Assembly: GCA_022813865.1 (NCBI GenBank) | Contig: JALDZX010000025.1 | Coordinates: forward strand, 186,001 to 250,000 | DNA: 64,000 bases | DNA from: Xylographa opegraphella | Lineage: Eukaryota | Direction of reading: 5' to 3' | Part shown: piece after piece, positions 26,565 through 38,252 of the stretch | Layout of the letters: every line of letters begins with the position of its first letter | Numbering within the stretch: position 1 is the first letter of the stretch | Notes under the pieces: model-generated | The model's database searches: none | What the model saw: the letters and a program-made list of their open reading frames with translations, nothing else | What the model was told of the DNA's origin: nothing | Position numbers and translations under genes: made by a program

Positions 26565-28985
26565 TCACTCGCGATCACTGTCCGTGTCCGTGTCCGTGTC
26601 GGTCTCGCTCTCATCCTTCGCTTCCCCCTCGGTATCGCTTTCCTCGTCGCTGGACTCTTGTGCAGTCGCCTTCCGTGCCCGCTTGGGTTTTGGTGGGGCA
26701 CCACTCAGTCCGCCGGTTTTGAGCGCGTTCATCTGGCCGGCCAGGGAATCTGAGATTCAAGTTAGCCGGAGTTCGGAAGACACATTGAGCAGGATTCGGA
26801 TGTCTCGGTGACTTGCCTTCATCAGGCTCGCTGATCTCATCTTCCTCTCCTAACTCGGCCGCCTTGTTACTGTCCTCGACCACCAGGGTTGCCTCCATCT
26901 TGCTGTCCATCCCCACGTAGCTGTCGCAGACGAGGTGCATGACAAAGGTGTAATTGCCGGCTTGCGGAGGGGCTTGGAATTGTAGCTTCATGGTTTGCAT
27001 ATTGAAGGTAGGCCGACCATTCTCGTCGAAGATCGGCTTGGTGAAGGTGGTGATGGTTGTGGGTGGCACTGCCACTCTACCTTGCTTGCTTTCCCCCAAG
27101 AACATATACCACCGAGGAGAGTGGTCACGCGCGAAATAGGGTGCGTACGCTAGAGGAGGTTGAACGGCTTTCTCCTCTGCCTTTGCTGGTTCTGATCCGT
27201 CCAGCTGTTTGACTTTTGAATTCTTCGCTGCTTTCCGGCCGAGGAGAGCATCTAGATCGCCTTCATCAGGATCCACATCTTCAAGGTCGAGCTCATTGAC
27301 ATCTGGGACATTCGCGGTTCCGGGAGGGATCACTCGAGCTTTGACAACAAATTGCACAAGGCTTCCAGTGGTGATGTATTTCTCGCCCATCACTTTGAAG
27401 AAGACTTTTTCGACCTTCAACAGAGGTATCTGTCGTGCCACGCCCACCGCATCGTTGTACTGCTGAGGCGAAAGGCTACCCGGCTGATCGGTAGCAAGCT
27501 TCCGTCTTTGATACTCCGGCATGCTCATAAATTGCTGGACTGTCATATGTCGCTTCGTGGTTGTACCTTCTATCAAGCGCGCTATCGATGGAGTAATATG
27601 AGGTAATTGGAGTAGTGGAGAAGCTTTCGGGGGAATAGCTTGTATCAAATGCTGCGAAGCCCGATATGCGCTGAGGAGTGGGCCCAGTGAACCGTAAGCC
27701 AAACATATTGTTGTAAAAGCTTCATTCATGGCAAAAGCCAATGGAGCCACCTCGTATTTCTCTTTGGAACTGTCAGCTTCACATTACAAGAGGTGTAACC
27801 TTCGGCACTCATTCAGCTTACCGTCATCTAAGGTCGAGTCTTTGAGCCCTACACGGCCCAGATAAGCCCACAGAAGGGCAAGAGTTTTCCTTCTAACTCC
27901 TTCTAGATCTTCCAGTGTCTGACGCTCTTTCAGTGTGAGGCCGGCAGCACTTGAAGCAACCTCGCCATCTGCGAGGATTGCTTTCTCGAGCTTCCCAAGC
28001 CCTGAATCAGCCTTGTTTCCTTTAAGGACACTCTTAAACTCCTCTCCACTACTTAGGGCGCTGATAACGCCTCCATCAGTAATGTCATCCTTATACTCCT
28101 TAAACAGGTTTCCCGCACTAGCAACCAATACCCGCTCCTTGGTCATTCGTTGAGTTCCGTACCACCATTTCCCGACAACATATGGCAGGAGAACTCCAAG
28201 AAGCAGACCGTAAACAAGGAGCACGTATTTCCCGTTACCGTCGGTTATAATAAATTTAGGCAGCGCAATCCCAATGCTGAAGCTTTGTTTCCCATCCGGA
28301 TGCCCATATTGAATGTAGTTGTTTCGAATCTCCTCATCTGTCAAGGCCTTGTATGCTTTGCTGATTTCGACATAGAAGGACGTCACGTCTTCCATCGTCT
28401 GATTTGTAGATGCATCGAGCTGGACTTTATCAGGATGGTATTTCAAAGTCAGTTTCCTATACACAGACTTGATATCCTTCTCGCTGGCCGACTGTTCATC
28501 GAAATTAGCACTATATTTTATGTTGAAGCCCCTGGTCCCGCTTACCCGCGATATGCCCAGAATATTATACGGGTCCCATATCTTTGGAATTGTTCTTGCG
28601 GTGACCATGATCAAATAGATCATCCACGCCATTATCGCATATCCCAGTGCCACAGTGATGATTCTTTTGATTCTTCGTTCCCTTCTCCATTGCTTTCTCC
28701 TCTGCCCCTGAATGAGGTCTTCATCCTCGAGTTTGAAGTCGGACTTTATCCGCGAGGCAGTGTTTTCAAGCTCTAGGAAGCTGTCAGTCCCACGTAATGG
28801 AAGTCACTCTTCTGGGCAAACCTTTGCTGGGTCTAAGGAGAGAGTATGTAAGTGGCAGCGTTACCAGGCCGGCGATGGTGATGATAAAGAAGGGGAAAAA
28901 CTGGCCCTTTTTGAAAGATTAGCTATGACTTTGGTAAATGTGAGAATAGACGTACCTGCTCATCATAGTTGTAGTCGGTGGACAT
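26565..28985 (-). CDS. SEC63: Translocon J-domain subunit Sec63
   Basis: Starts MSTDYNYDEQ|GQFFP; J domain with HPD; YGHPDGKQSFSIGIALP; Brl domain CDSYVGMD; acidic tail. Five introns, the last GC-AG (26816-26750). Confidence 0.95.
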
Positions 28986-29929
28986 GTTGCGTCTCGAGTT
29001 GCTCCGAAGCGCAAGACAGACCCTGTCTCAACGAGTCTCGGGAAGCCTTCAGCCTTTATGCGTGCAGAAGGACGAGCAAATATTCCAAAGGAGTGTAGGG
29101 AGCGATTCCACTTGAAATGCGAGAATGTTGGAAGCCTCCCAACCTAATACTAATTTTGTGTGTCTAAGCCTCCGCAACAAAAGAGAACACCGTTTCCGCG
29201 ATATTTCGAGGTTGCGCTTATCTCGATTAAGCTTAATCGATGTGAAGCCTCGACTAGCGGAGGGACGAGAAGCGCCAAGATATCCAGAGTTTCGAACAAG
29301 GAGGGCTCATTGATACGTCTATTACGCCATCACGTCCAAAACAGTCAGAGGAGTTTATTTATTCCTTCCTCGTTAAATGAGCTTTCATGAGCAGTTGGAC
29401 GAGAAGAATGTATCGCGAAAAAGCTTTGTTCCATAACTACCTCGAGCGAGTGACGACTACAACCCTGTTCCATCAACCCGACATGCCATCTTCATTCCTA
29501 TGTCCTATTCGCAGCGAGCTCTAATGATATCCCTCTCCGTTACCTCCACATCACGAGCACACAGCCGCTTGCAGCACCAATTTTTCCCATTCTCCTCCGC
29601 ACATGTGGGATCCAAGAGTCCAATGGTCGAGGACATTGGAGACCAATCCTCCTATACCCTCTCTATGTCTACCCAGCCGAGTCGACAGAGGATAGAGCGG
29701 ATTTGCTTCGAGTCGAGTCCTCGGATTCACCATGCCTCTGCTTCGGGAATCAGGATTGTAGAATCTTTTGTCATTGACGTGCTCAATTCGAGGTGAAACG
29801 AACTAGCTAAACAACTCGCGTGGAAAACCGATCGGCCAATGCCATAAGGAGTGTGAATGCCTGAACAAGACCACGAAGACGACTGGCGATGTTCGAGTGC
29901 CGAATGTGAAGACCAACTCCAATTACGCC

Positions 29930-30283
29930 CTACCCCTCGATGAAATCAAGTCCCCCAAAGTACTCCATCATCTTCAGGCACAGCCGTTCTTCGTCCTCGC
30001 GACCTTCAATCTCCCAACCGAAGATACGCCTCTTCTCAGCTTCAAGTTGCTCGCACTCTTCTCTCTGTCGCCGCTCTCGGACTTGCCACGCAATATATCG
30101 ATTGTGCCAGTGCCGGGCAGAAACTCCACCTCGACGGCTCATCGCAGGGCCAGGAGGCGCGAGCAGAAGAGGATCTGGAGGTGCTGAATCAAGGTCTGGT
30201 AGGAAATCGAAGGTCCGTTGCTGCAGCGGTATGCCAGGTGTTTTGTGGCCACCGCGCGTGCGGCGGCGATTATGACGGCTCAT
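29930..30283 (-). CDS. Small basic hypothetical protein (117 aa)
   Basis: Clean ATG ORF MSRHNRRRTRGG...HWHNRYIAWQVRERRQREE...IFG with a coiled-coil-like segment. TATA-like element at about 30380-30387. Confidence 0.65.
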   Translation of the reverse strand: MSRHNRRRTRGGHKTPGIPLQQRTFDFLPDLDSAPPDPLLLAPPGPAMSRRGGVSARHWHNRYIAWQVRERRQREECEQLEAEKRRIFGWEIEGREDEERLCLKMMEYFGGLDFIEG

Positions 30284-30538
30284 GCTGATGTGGTTCAGTG
30301 TCTGACAGACGGCAAAGAGGGGATGATCAGACTCGAAGTTGATGAGCCAAAAAGAGAAATCAGTAGTGCAGCACGCCTTCTATATAGCACTGTGAAAATC
30401 AGGGTATGTGTCATCATGTGATGACGAGAAGGAAATGGACTCAAATTGCAAAATTTGAACGCGCTCTAATCAATCACGAGATGGAGTATTTACGACTGCA
30501 TGTGACATGCTCATGATTGCCACTCATGAAACAGGTCA

Positions 30539-30672
30539 TGAGTCACTTTCGGTTGAAATCGGATATCGAAGCCGGGAGTCTTCGGCCATGGCATCCACTC
30601 TAAGCTAAGCTTGAAAAGGAAATTCAACATCCACGTGACTCACGCGACCGCGTTTCTGGCTTGACTGACTCA
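30539..30672. promoter_or_regulatory. Cluster of Gcn4/CpcA (AP-1-type) TGACTCA sites plus an overlapping CACGTG
   Basis: TGAGTCA 30539-30545, TGACTCA 30636-30642 (overlapping CACGTG 30632-30637), TGACTCA 30666-30672; a fourth site at 31075-31081. Confidence 0.6.
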
Positions 30673-31497
30673 TTTTGCCACATTGGCGATGTTGGACTCG
30701 AGAGCATGTCTCAAGCACAGCAAACATGCACTTACGCCCAACGTTGTAGCTGGTGGCCGCCTCGTTCCGTTCCCAGAGATTGTGTGGAAAGAAGCTCATC
30801 AGAAGCATGTAGTTACATAAAGAGACAATTTGACAAACCCCAAGATCAACCCGCGATGCAACCAGCCGTATGTTTCATCCTTGACCCGAATTATATCAAG
30901 GGTTCAAGGCTGGATGTGGAGCTCATGCATTGGCTGCCAACACCTCGGCAAAGTTATCAACTTCTTCATTTAGGGTGCGCAGGTCAGACCTTGGGTTATC
31001 ACAACAACAGCAAACCAGGTGGGACAGTTTGGAAAGCTAGCTATCAGTAGACTATAAGTGTCTGTAGCCTGGACTGACTCAACATGCGCATAAGAAGTGG
31101 GGCCGAGTTTGTATAACATGTCGCTTCGACGTGTGGAAAAACATAGACTCCTTGGAGAATTGACATGATATGAGCTATGAACCCTGGGATGTGGCTCTGC
31201 GATATGGCTATGGATCGATCCGACTTCCTCTGTCTATCTCCGCTGCTCTTACTGGGGTTTTCGTGACGATCCAAAGGAGAAACCACCGCTAGCATCACAG
31301 CCTCCAGTATTCCGAGTAGAGCATGTCCAAGCGGGAGTCGGTATGTTGTTTACCGAGCATTATAAAAAGATGTGTAGTGAATAAAATTAGTGCTGAAACC
31401 GATGCATTAGTGTGAGTGGAGTAGCTGCTGCTCCCGAGGATGATTGCCCTCAATTTGGAGATATGGATCGCATTCAAAGTACAAGTTGACAGACCAA

Positions 31498-33165
31498 TCA
31501 CTCCGTTCTCGACAACATGATCGAGCTTTCGTCCATTCCGGCATCTAGCATCACGCTCTTCTCCGCTTCCACTCCATGCATCAGATCAAAGCTCTCTTCA
31601 CTATTCTGTGGGCTCAGGACCTTGCTCGGAATTTCGCCAGACCAGTCCATCCCGCCGCATGTCGCATTTTCCCTCTTTGTTTCTTTCTCTTCTAGGGGAA
31701 GAAGTGGCATATTTTCGACGTATGGCAGCAGGTATCTCCGATGCCAATCTCCCAGGAACATACCTTCAGGATCGACTTCCTCACGCACTCGCAGCCACTC
31801 TGGAAGATCCGGGTACATCTGTCGCGTATATTCACTTGAGACTTGGTAAAAGTTTTTCGCCCAATGCGGCCTTCCTCCCATCTCTTTCATCAGCCATTCG
31901 AACGCTTCATAGTATCTTTCGTGACATGGAGGGTCAATATTGTATGGCCTGTATAATGTTGCGTTGAGGTACAGCGTGGGACCATCTGGAACTGTATTGT
32001 CCAGGAATGGCCGGGGTGTCGTGCTTGAGGTGTCTGAAACTCTCACCTCTATCGGAGCGTGGATGTAAAGTCCTTTCGAATCGAATGGTATTCCAGAACC
32101 TTCTTCGCCATTAAGCCAAGCAGAGAGGCGCGTAATAGTCTCCGGGCCTTTGGCAAGCGGTATTGCCCACTCGTTCACAAATTGCGAATACAAGCAATTC
32201 ATTAGAAGTCCCGCGTGACCGTCTGCGACGCCAGAACTACCTGTGCTGTTTTTCCCATCTGCATTACCATACTGAACAGTGATAACAAACTTCTCTATAG
32301 CTGGTAACAATCGAGGGATATATTGTGCTGCATAGAGTAAGATGTGGTATACATGGTATCCCAATCTGCCACTCATCCACGACCCCTTTGGTGATCGTAA
32401 TGGCTTGGTGGTTTTTTCCGCTCTCCATTTCACCGCTGATTTGATGTATGGGAACCACCACACTCTGGTGAACTCGGCCTGGGTCCAGAGATCTTTCTCC
32501 CAGTCTGCTTTGATGGACTCCATCGGCACCAGGCTCTGCTGCCATTCGATGTTGAACCGCGGCACGGCTTGAAATGTGACTTCTACGATTATTCCCAGTG
32601 CTCCTAGACTAACCAGAGCGGCACGGAACAGATCAAGATTTTGCTCAGCCGAGCACGACACTGTGCGGCCATTTGACAGCATTATTTTGAGTCCGAGAAC
32701 CGACTGAGAAAGTATGCCATGCCTCGTCGAGCTCCCATGCGTTGCAGTCCCAATGGCACCCGCTATTGATTGTTGATTGATGCTGCCCAGATTCGGCATC
32801 GCTAGCACATAGTTCTTCAGCTCTTTGTCTAATTCATGAAGACGTATCCCGGCCTGCATTGTCACGACATTCGATTGTGAGTTGACTTTGATTATCTTGT
32901 TGTACTTGTCGAGATTCACCATCCACGATGAGGTGCAGGTGATGTCCGAAGGAGAATGACCACATCCTACCGTAACGATTCTTCGGCGGCATTTCCTGGC
33001 AAGTGTAATAACCTTCTGGATTTCCTCGGTTGTCTCAGGCTGTATGTAAAGCTCAGGTCGAGAATGGAATGTCCGAGCCCAAGTATGATGACGATGAGAT
33101 AGAGATGCCCGGAAAGGTACATCTGGGTCAACTCTTTGAAGCTCCCGCTTCACGAGAGGATCCAT
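31498..33165 (-). CDS. ALO1: D-arabinono-1,4-lactone oxidase (FAD-linked)
   Basis: Likely start MDPLV at 33165. Motifs TWARTF, GCGHSPSD (FAD His), QSIAGAIGTATHGSS, HAPIEVR, GGRPHWAKNF, DPEGMF. Confidence 0.92.
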   Translation of the reverse strand: MDPLVKRELQRVDPDVPFRASLSHRHHTWARTFHSRPELYIQPETTEEIQKVITLARKCRRRIVTVGCGHSPSDITCTSSWMVNLDKYNKIIKVNSQSNVVTMQAGIRLHELDKELKNYVLAMPNLGSINQQSIAGAIGTATHGSSTRHGILSQSVLGLKIMLSNGRTVSCSAEQNLDLFRAALVSLGALGIIVEVTFQAVPRFNIEWQQSLVPMESIKADWEKDLWTQAEFTRVWWFPYIKSAVKWRAEKTTKPLRSPKGSWMSGRLGYHVYHILLYAAQYIPRLLPAIEKFVITVQYGNADGKNSTGSSGVADGHAGLLMNCLYSQFVNEWAIPLAKGPETITRLSAWLNGEEGSGIPFDSKGLYIHAPIEVRVSDTSSTTPRPFLDNTVPDGPTLYLNATLYRPYNIDPPCHERYYEAFEWLMKEMGGRPHWAKNFYQVSSEYTRQMYPDLPEWLRVREEVDPEGMFLGDWHRRYLLPYVENMPLLPLEEKETKRENATCGGMDWSGEIPSKVLSPQNSEESFDLMHGVEAEKSVMLDAGMDESSIMLSRTE

Positions 33166-33396
33166 GATGCAAGTATAACAAGGGGCACAACGAAATCGCT
33201 GGTGCGCAATAGTTGAGGCAAAATTTGTCGAAGCGTGGACCTCGACATGACCTTTGGTGGGGTTTTCCTCGGCGCTTCGAGAAGTTCTTGGCACGTTCCG
33301 ACTTCAAAAAACCTGAAACACAAAGGGTGGGGGGCTTAGCGCGGCTATCGCTTAAGCCATACGACATTCAAACGTCTGCGGGATTGTTTTGCAGCG

Positions 33397-34596
33397 ATGA
33401 GCCGTTACGATATTAGTCCTCCGCCGTCAAAGAGACAGCGCCTAGATGCGCCTTCAGCAGACGCGGACGAAGACAAGCCATCCGATCCACAACGATCCGG
33501 CGGTCTGGCACGCTCACTTCCGTCACGACCTATTACACTGCTTCGACCGAACCAGCTCCGTGTATTCTCGTGGAATATCAACGGCATCAATGCATTTCTC
33601 CAACCAACCATAACATCCTTCTTCCGCAGCTCCAAGAATAAACATACGTCTAAACACGCACTTTCGCGTGAAAGCTCACCGGTCCCACTTTCACCGTCCC
33701 TCCGCGACTGTCTCCGGCGCTGGAAATGGCCACAAGTGGTGTGTCTTCAAGAAATCAAGATCGCCCGGTCTGATTCGAAGACACAAGAAGCCGTTCGAAA
33801 GGCTGTCAGAGTACCTCGAGATGTAATGCACGGCGATTCGGAGAAGGAACCAAATTATACGGCGCACTTTAGCGTGCCGAGGGACAAGTACAATGCTCGT
33901 GGCTTCAGAGGGAAGCTTTATGGTGTATGTACCTTGGTACGCGATGACTTGATAGCAGCTGAGCCATGGAGTAATGGGAACCTCATAACAGAGGTTCCAT
34001 GGGATCTTGAAGGCCGTGTTCTGATCCTCGAGTTGCCGAGTCGCAGACTTGCCATTTTCAACATTTACGCCGTCAACGGAACAGACAATCCGTACCGTGA
34101 TACACGGACAGGCGAAGTCACCGGTACTAGGCACGACCGCAAACGGGCTTTTCATACCGATCTACAAGCAGAATGCAAGACTTATGAGAGTAGGGGCTGG
34201 GCAGTAATTATTGCAGGCGACCTCAACATTGCACGGAGTCCGCTGGATGGCTTTCCTGGTCGACGAATGGGGGCAGCTCATGTGGCCAACAGGATTGACT
34301 TTGAGGCGAAGTTCATGGCTACAAAGCAAGAAGGGGGTCTTGGGATGGTGGATACGTATCGAGCACTACACGGAGGGGAGCGTAAGTATAGCTACAGAGG
34401 ACGGGGCCGAGAGTGGGGAAGTACCTGTGATAGGGTCGATCTTATATTGCTGTCGAACAATACGATTACTGATGAGCGAATAGCCCTGGTAGAAGGGGAC
34501 ATCCTCGATGAGGAGGATGAACGAGGTCCGAGTGACCATCTGCCGCTGTACTCTACAATTCAGCTGGAAGCAACAGACATAGATGCAGCTCGCTAA
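33397..34596 (+). CDS. Exonuclease III / AP endonuclease family (EEP) protein
   Basis: Catalytic motifs SWNINGI, CLQEIKI, DLEGRV, NIYAVNG, GDLN, DTYR, DRVDL, SDHLP. Intronless. Confidence 0.88.
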   Translation: MSRYDISPPPSKRQRLDAPSADADEDKPSDPQRSGGLARSLPSRPITLLRPNQLRVFSWNINGINAFLQPTITSFFRSSKNKHTSKHALSRESSPVPLSPSLRDCLRRWKWPQVVCLQEIKIARSDSKTQEAVRKAVRVPRDVMHGDSEKEPNYTAHFSVPRDKYNARGFRGKLYGVCTLVRDDLIAAEPWSNGNLITEVPWDLEGRVLILELPSRRLAIFNIYAVNGTDNPYRDTRTGEVTGTRHDRKRAFHTDLQAECKTYESRGWAVIIAGDLNIARSPLDGFPGRRMGAAHVANRIDFEAKFMATKQEGGLGMVDTYRALHGGERKYSYRGRGREWGSTCDRVDLILLSNNTITDERIALVEGDILDEEDERGPSDHLPLYSTIQLEATDIDAAR

Positions 34597-34756
34597 AATG
34601 ATTTTGGGTATCAAGTTCTTCATGAATGAACCGTGTTGTGTCCCCCACAGCAGCCTTTCGTGACCGCAGACTTAAGTCTAGCCTGCTTCCTGCCTCCTGC
34701 CCTCCTTCACACCGGTATGAATCCATCGAAAATGTTCAAACCCAGTATCTCGTCCC

Positions 34757-35593
34757 CTATACCCCCTCCAGGCTCACCCTCCTCCACATACCCACATGCA
34801 CAATCCCTTCCTCCACCCACTCCCCCAGCCCCTCATCGTGCTCGAACCCCACCCCCTTCCAGAACCCCTGCACCCCCTCCTGCGCATGCACGAGCACCAA
34901 GCCCTTCCAGCTCTCCTCCCTCACCGCACCCTCCCTCTCCCTCGCCACCCCCTCCCCTTCCAACGCACCCCCCTCCGCCTCACCAACCTTCGACAGCGCG
35001 TCCGCGTTCCTCGCCGCCCACTCCAGCGTCGTCCTCACCAGCAGCTTCCCCAGCCCCAAGCCACGATACCCCTCCAAAGTCGCCAGGCGCCCTAGCTTAA
35101 TATACGGCTCGCGCCCATCATGCATTGCGGTCGGGACGTCATAGCCGGATCTGTGCTCCTCGCCTCCAGCCGCCGGCCACGCGCCGCCGACGCCGTCGAC
35201 GCTGCCGGGCTTCGGGTGCGGAGCGTGTGGAGGCGGCACGAGGCGGATGGTCGCGACGGGGAGCTTGATGCCCGAGGGACGCCGCTGCTCGCTGGCTTGG
35301 GCGGCGTTCTGCGGCTGCGAGGAGGTCCCGTTGAAGATGTTGGGAGCGCTGCTGCTCTTGGGGCCGCTGACGGACGCGCACACGATCCAGTGCCAGCTGC
35401 GGGGATCGTCGGCGTCGATCTCGTTCGCGAGGCTGCAGTGCTGTTCATCGACAAAGACGGCGACGCGGACGGAGAGGGCTTTGGTGAAGAGCGGGGGGAT
35501 GGCGGGGTCGGGGGCGGATGTTGACGGGCGGAGTGGGTGGGCGAGGATGGAGGGGCCAGGTGGCGGGAGGAGGGTGGGGAAGAGAGTGGACAT
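34757..35593 (-). CDS. GNAT acetyltransferase (ElaA/YjcF-like)
   Basis: Start MSTLFP at 35593. Motifs VRVAVFVDEQ, EIDADDPRSWH, PVATIRL, IKLGRLA..YRGLGLG, VHAQ, EEGIVHVGM. Confidence 0.85.
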   Translation of the reverse strand: MSTLFPTLLPPPGPSILAHPLRPSTSAPDPAIPPLFTKALSVRVAVFVDEQHCSLANEIDADDPRSWHWIVCASVSGPKSSSAPNIFNGTSSQPQNAAQASEQRRPSGIKLPVATIRLVPPPHAPHPKPGSVDGVGGAWPAAGGEEHRSGYDVPTAMHDGREPYIKLGRLATLEGYRGLGLGKLLVRTTLEWAARNADALSKVGEAEGGALEGEGVAREREGAVREESWKGLVLVHAQEGVQGFWKGVGFEHDEGLGEWVEEGIVHVGMWRRVSLEGV

Positions 35594-35816
35594 GTTGGGT
35601 TGAATTGTTAGGTCGTGGAGGAAGAGGAGGAAGAAGAAAGGAAAGGAAACCTTTAGGGGCCAGATCGGATCGAAATTAGGTTTTATGGAAAGCACTTTCG
35701 CACAGGAGGATTTGTCATGAGCTTATTCACGATCATACAAGGTTTCTACATGGTGAGCCTCTTCAAAAAGCAGAGATGGCGATGTTCATTCACTCATAAG
35801 GCTAGCGTTATCGCGG

Positions 35817-38252
35817 CTACGTTGGAGACTTTTCGCCTCGCGCTTCCTTCCCAAGTGTCCTCAACGCCACCTCGTACGACGCCCTATCCTGGTCGCTGAT
35901 TGTCTCTGATCCTTTCTCGACCCTGCTGATCTTCCCGCTCCGATGGATATTTTCAGATCTGGCGATCTCGTTCCAGAACCACCTTGCCTCATGGTGAGCA
36001 ATCAGGGTAGTTGCGACGCCAGCTTTGCCAGCTCTTGCGGTTCGACCGACCCTGTGAACATAGCTGGTCACACTACTGGGCATATCATAATTGATTACTT
36101 GTGCCAGATCCTGAATGTCTAAACCTCGAGAAGCTCGGTCGGATGCAATCAGGATGGACAACTTGCGTTTACGAAATGCAGCCAATGTCTTCCGACCAGT
36201 TGAAGTAGCTGTGGATTTGGTGAGTGAGCCGATTTTAGTGGCCAAAGACGGACGCAAGAGAGCCAGTAGGCGCGCCAGGCGAAGTGCATTTTCGTTATTA
36301 TTCGTAAAGATCAAAGTGCCGTGGGTCCCAGAATTTGCGGCTATTTTGGATGTCTTTAGCTGTCGATCCACTTCCGATGCGGATGAAGTTACATCGCTAT
36401 CTGAATCGGAGCCGGAGCTGGAAGTTTCCGAATTCAACCCGTCGCTAGAAGACGAAGATCTGGTGCTCGAGGCTTCAGCTTGATAACCTTTGCGTTTGAA
36501 GTCGAAGTCAGGGGTTGAGCCTGCCAAAGCAGTACTATCTGGAGACAGAAGTGCAAGCAAACGTAAGGGCTTGGCTTCGACGTTCTTGATAGGTATAGCT
36601 ATTTCCTCCAGAGTCGAAGGAAGTTCGATATCCGCTTGTTGGATTGTAGAAATAGGCTCCGAAGCCCCTTGGGTAGAGTCGATCGCAATCGCATCAGTTA
36701 TCGAGTTGTTCTCGAGGACTACTAACTTCGGTCGCCTCAGTTTTAGAGCCATCAATTTACTTACATCCTTAGTAATTGTAGCGCTGAGTATTATTTTTTG
36801 TATATTTCTTGTTTCGTGGACATGAAAAACCTTTTGAATCGAGGATACCCACGGGTTGTGCTTGGGCAAGGACTGCAAAGGGGGCAAGACAACATCAACC
36901 CACTGCTGGAAACTCTCGTCCAGAAGTCTATCACTTTCATCAATGACGAGCCACTGCACGTGCTCAAGGGTGAAGCCACGTGTAGCCTTCACATGGTCAA
37001 CTAAGCGACCAGGGGTGCAGATGAGAATATCGACATTCGAAGTATATTGAACCACAAAGTCGATAAGAGTGTCAGAATCATTAGCTGAGACCGGAAGCTC
37101 CTCGTCCCAATTCATCAAGTCGTCCTCGGTAGCTGTCTTCCGTTGCTGCTCAGTTCTATAACCCTGAGGATCGTACCTCAGCACCTTGGTAACAAGTTGC
37201 TCTTGCTCCTCCTTCATTGATTTACTCCCGACTGCTGTGCCTATTTTCAAGGCTGTGCCAGTAGTACATGATTGTAGAGTTTCTCTTACTTGTGTAACCA
37301 GCTCACGAGTAGGTACGACGATCAGTCCCCGAAGTTTTGTGGTCAACTTGCCTTGTAGGCATTCGATCATGGGTAACACGTAAGCAAGTGTTTTGCCCGA
37401 ACCAGTAGCTGCAGAAATACACAAATCTCCATCATGTCGCTGAGGTCCCGGAAGAAGTAATGGGAGTACTCCGGATTGAATGGCAAATGATTTACTCAGT
37501 CCCTTTGAGTCTAATTTTGTAACCATAGACGTGCTTAGCGGAAGTTCGCCAAAACGAATTTCATTCTGTGCGGGAACTACCAAAGGTCTTGCAAGCCAGT
37601 CCGGTAAAGCAGATACATGGATTGAATTAGCATCGTCTGGGACTTCTACTGGCTGTGGTAGAGGAACAAGCCCATGGATCTCAGGGACTAATTCCGTAGG
37701 CTCCTCGGACTCTACTACATTCTGACCACCCGCTAACTTCTTTGATAATTTTGCTGCTAGTTTGCTAGATTTCTCGAATTTGGAGCGTATCTTCTTATGT
37801 TTTGGCCCATCGTCTACTGCGGTCGACTGCAGAAGAGCGGGTTCGGTTGCCGCTAAAGTATTGCCGAACGATTCCGAGTCCTCTACTGGCTCCTTCTTTC
37901 GTTTCTTCTTGACCTTTTTACCGGCTTCATACACAGCGGCGGAGTCAGCGATGCCGCTCAGCGTTTCTGATATATGGTTGGCGGGTTGTGCAATACTCTG
38001 AGTGGTTTTTGCAACACTTCTATTCGCAGTAACTATAGACTCATCATAGTCGACTGCATCTTGACTCTTAGTAATGGTCACATTCCGCGGCTGGCGACCT
38101 AATTCTTTATTGCTCGGAGCGCTGTCTACAGCAGATGTTCTCTTGCGCTTCTTGCTTGGCAGGGAATGAGAACCCGACGCCTTATCAGCTGTCAAGGTAC
38201 TTGATGCGGTTTTCGTCGGCGGTATATAGCGAGCATAGAATTGAGTCGTCAT
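35817..38252 (-). CDS. DBP6: DEAD-box RNA helicase DBP6 (60S biogenesis)
   Basis: Start MTTQFYARYIPP. Motifs [49 protein letters not shown]. Confidence 0.9.
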   Translation of the reverse strand: MTTQFYARYIPPTKTASSTLTADKASGSHSLPSKKRKRTSAVDSAPSNKELGRQPRNVTITKSQDAVDYDESIVTANRSVAKTTQSIAQPANHISETLSGIADSAAVYEAGKKVKKKRKKEPVEDSESFGNTLAATEPALLQSTAVDDGPKHKKIRSKFEKSSKLAAKLSKKLAGGQNVVESEEPTELVPEIHGLVPLPQPVEVPDDANSIHVSALPDWLARPLVVPAQNEIRFGELPLSTSMVTKLDSKGLSKSFAIQSGVLPLLLPGPQRHDGDLCISAATGSGKTLAYVLPMIECLQGKLTTKLRGLIVVPTRELVTQVRETLQSCTTGTALKIGTAVGSKSMKEEQEQLVTKVLRYDPQGYRTEQQRKTATEDDLMNWDEELPVSANDSDTLIDFVVQYTSNVDILICTPGRLVDHVKATRGFTLEHVQWLVIDESDRLLDESFQQWVDVVLPPLQSLPKHNPWVSSIQKVFHVHETRNIQKIILSATITKDVSKLMALKLRRPKLVVLENNSITDAIAIDSTQGASEPISTIQQADIELPSTLEEIAIPIKNVEAKPLRLLALLSPDSTALAGSTPDFDFKRKGYQAEASSTRSSSSSDGLNSETSSSGSDSDSDVTSSASEVDRQLKTSKIAANSGTHGTLIFTNNNENALRLARLLALLRPSLATKIGSLTKSTATSTGRKTLAAFRKRKLSILIASDRASRGLDIQDLAQVINYDMPSSVTSYVHRVGRTARAGKAGVATTLIAHHEARWFWNEIARSENIHRSGKISRVEKGSETISDQDRASYEVALRTLGKEARGEKSPT

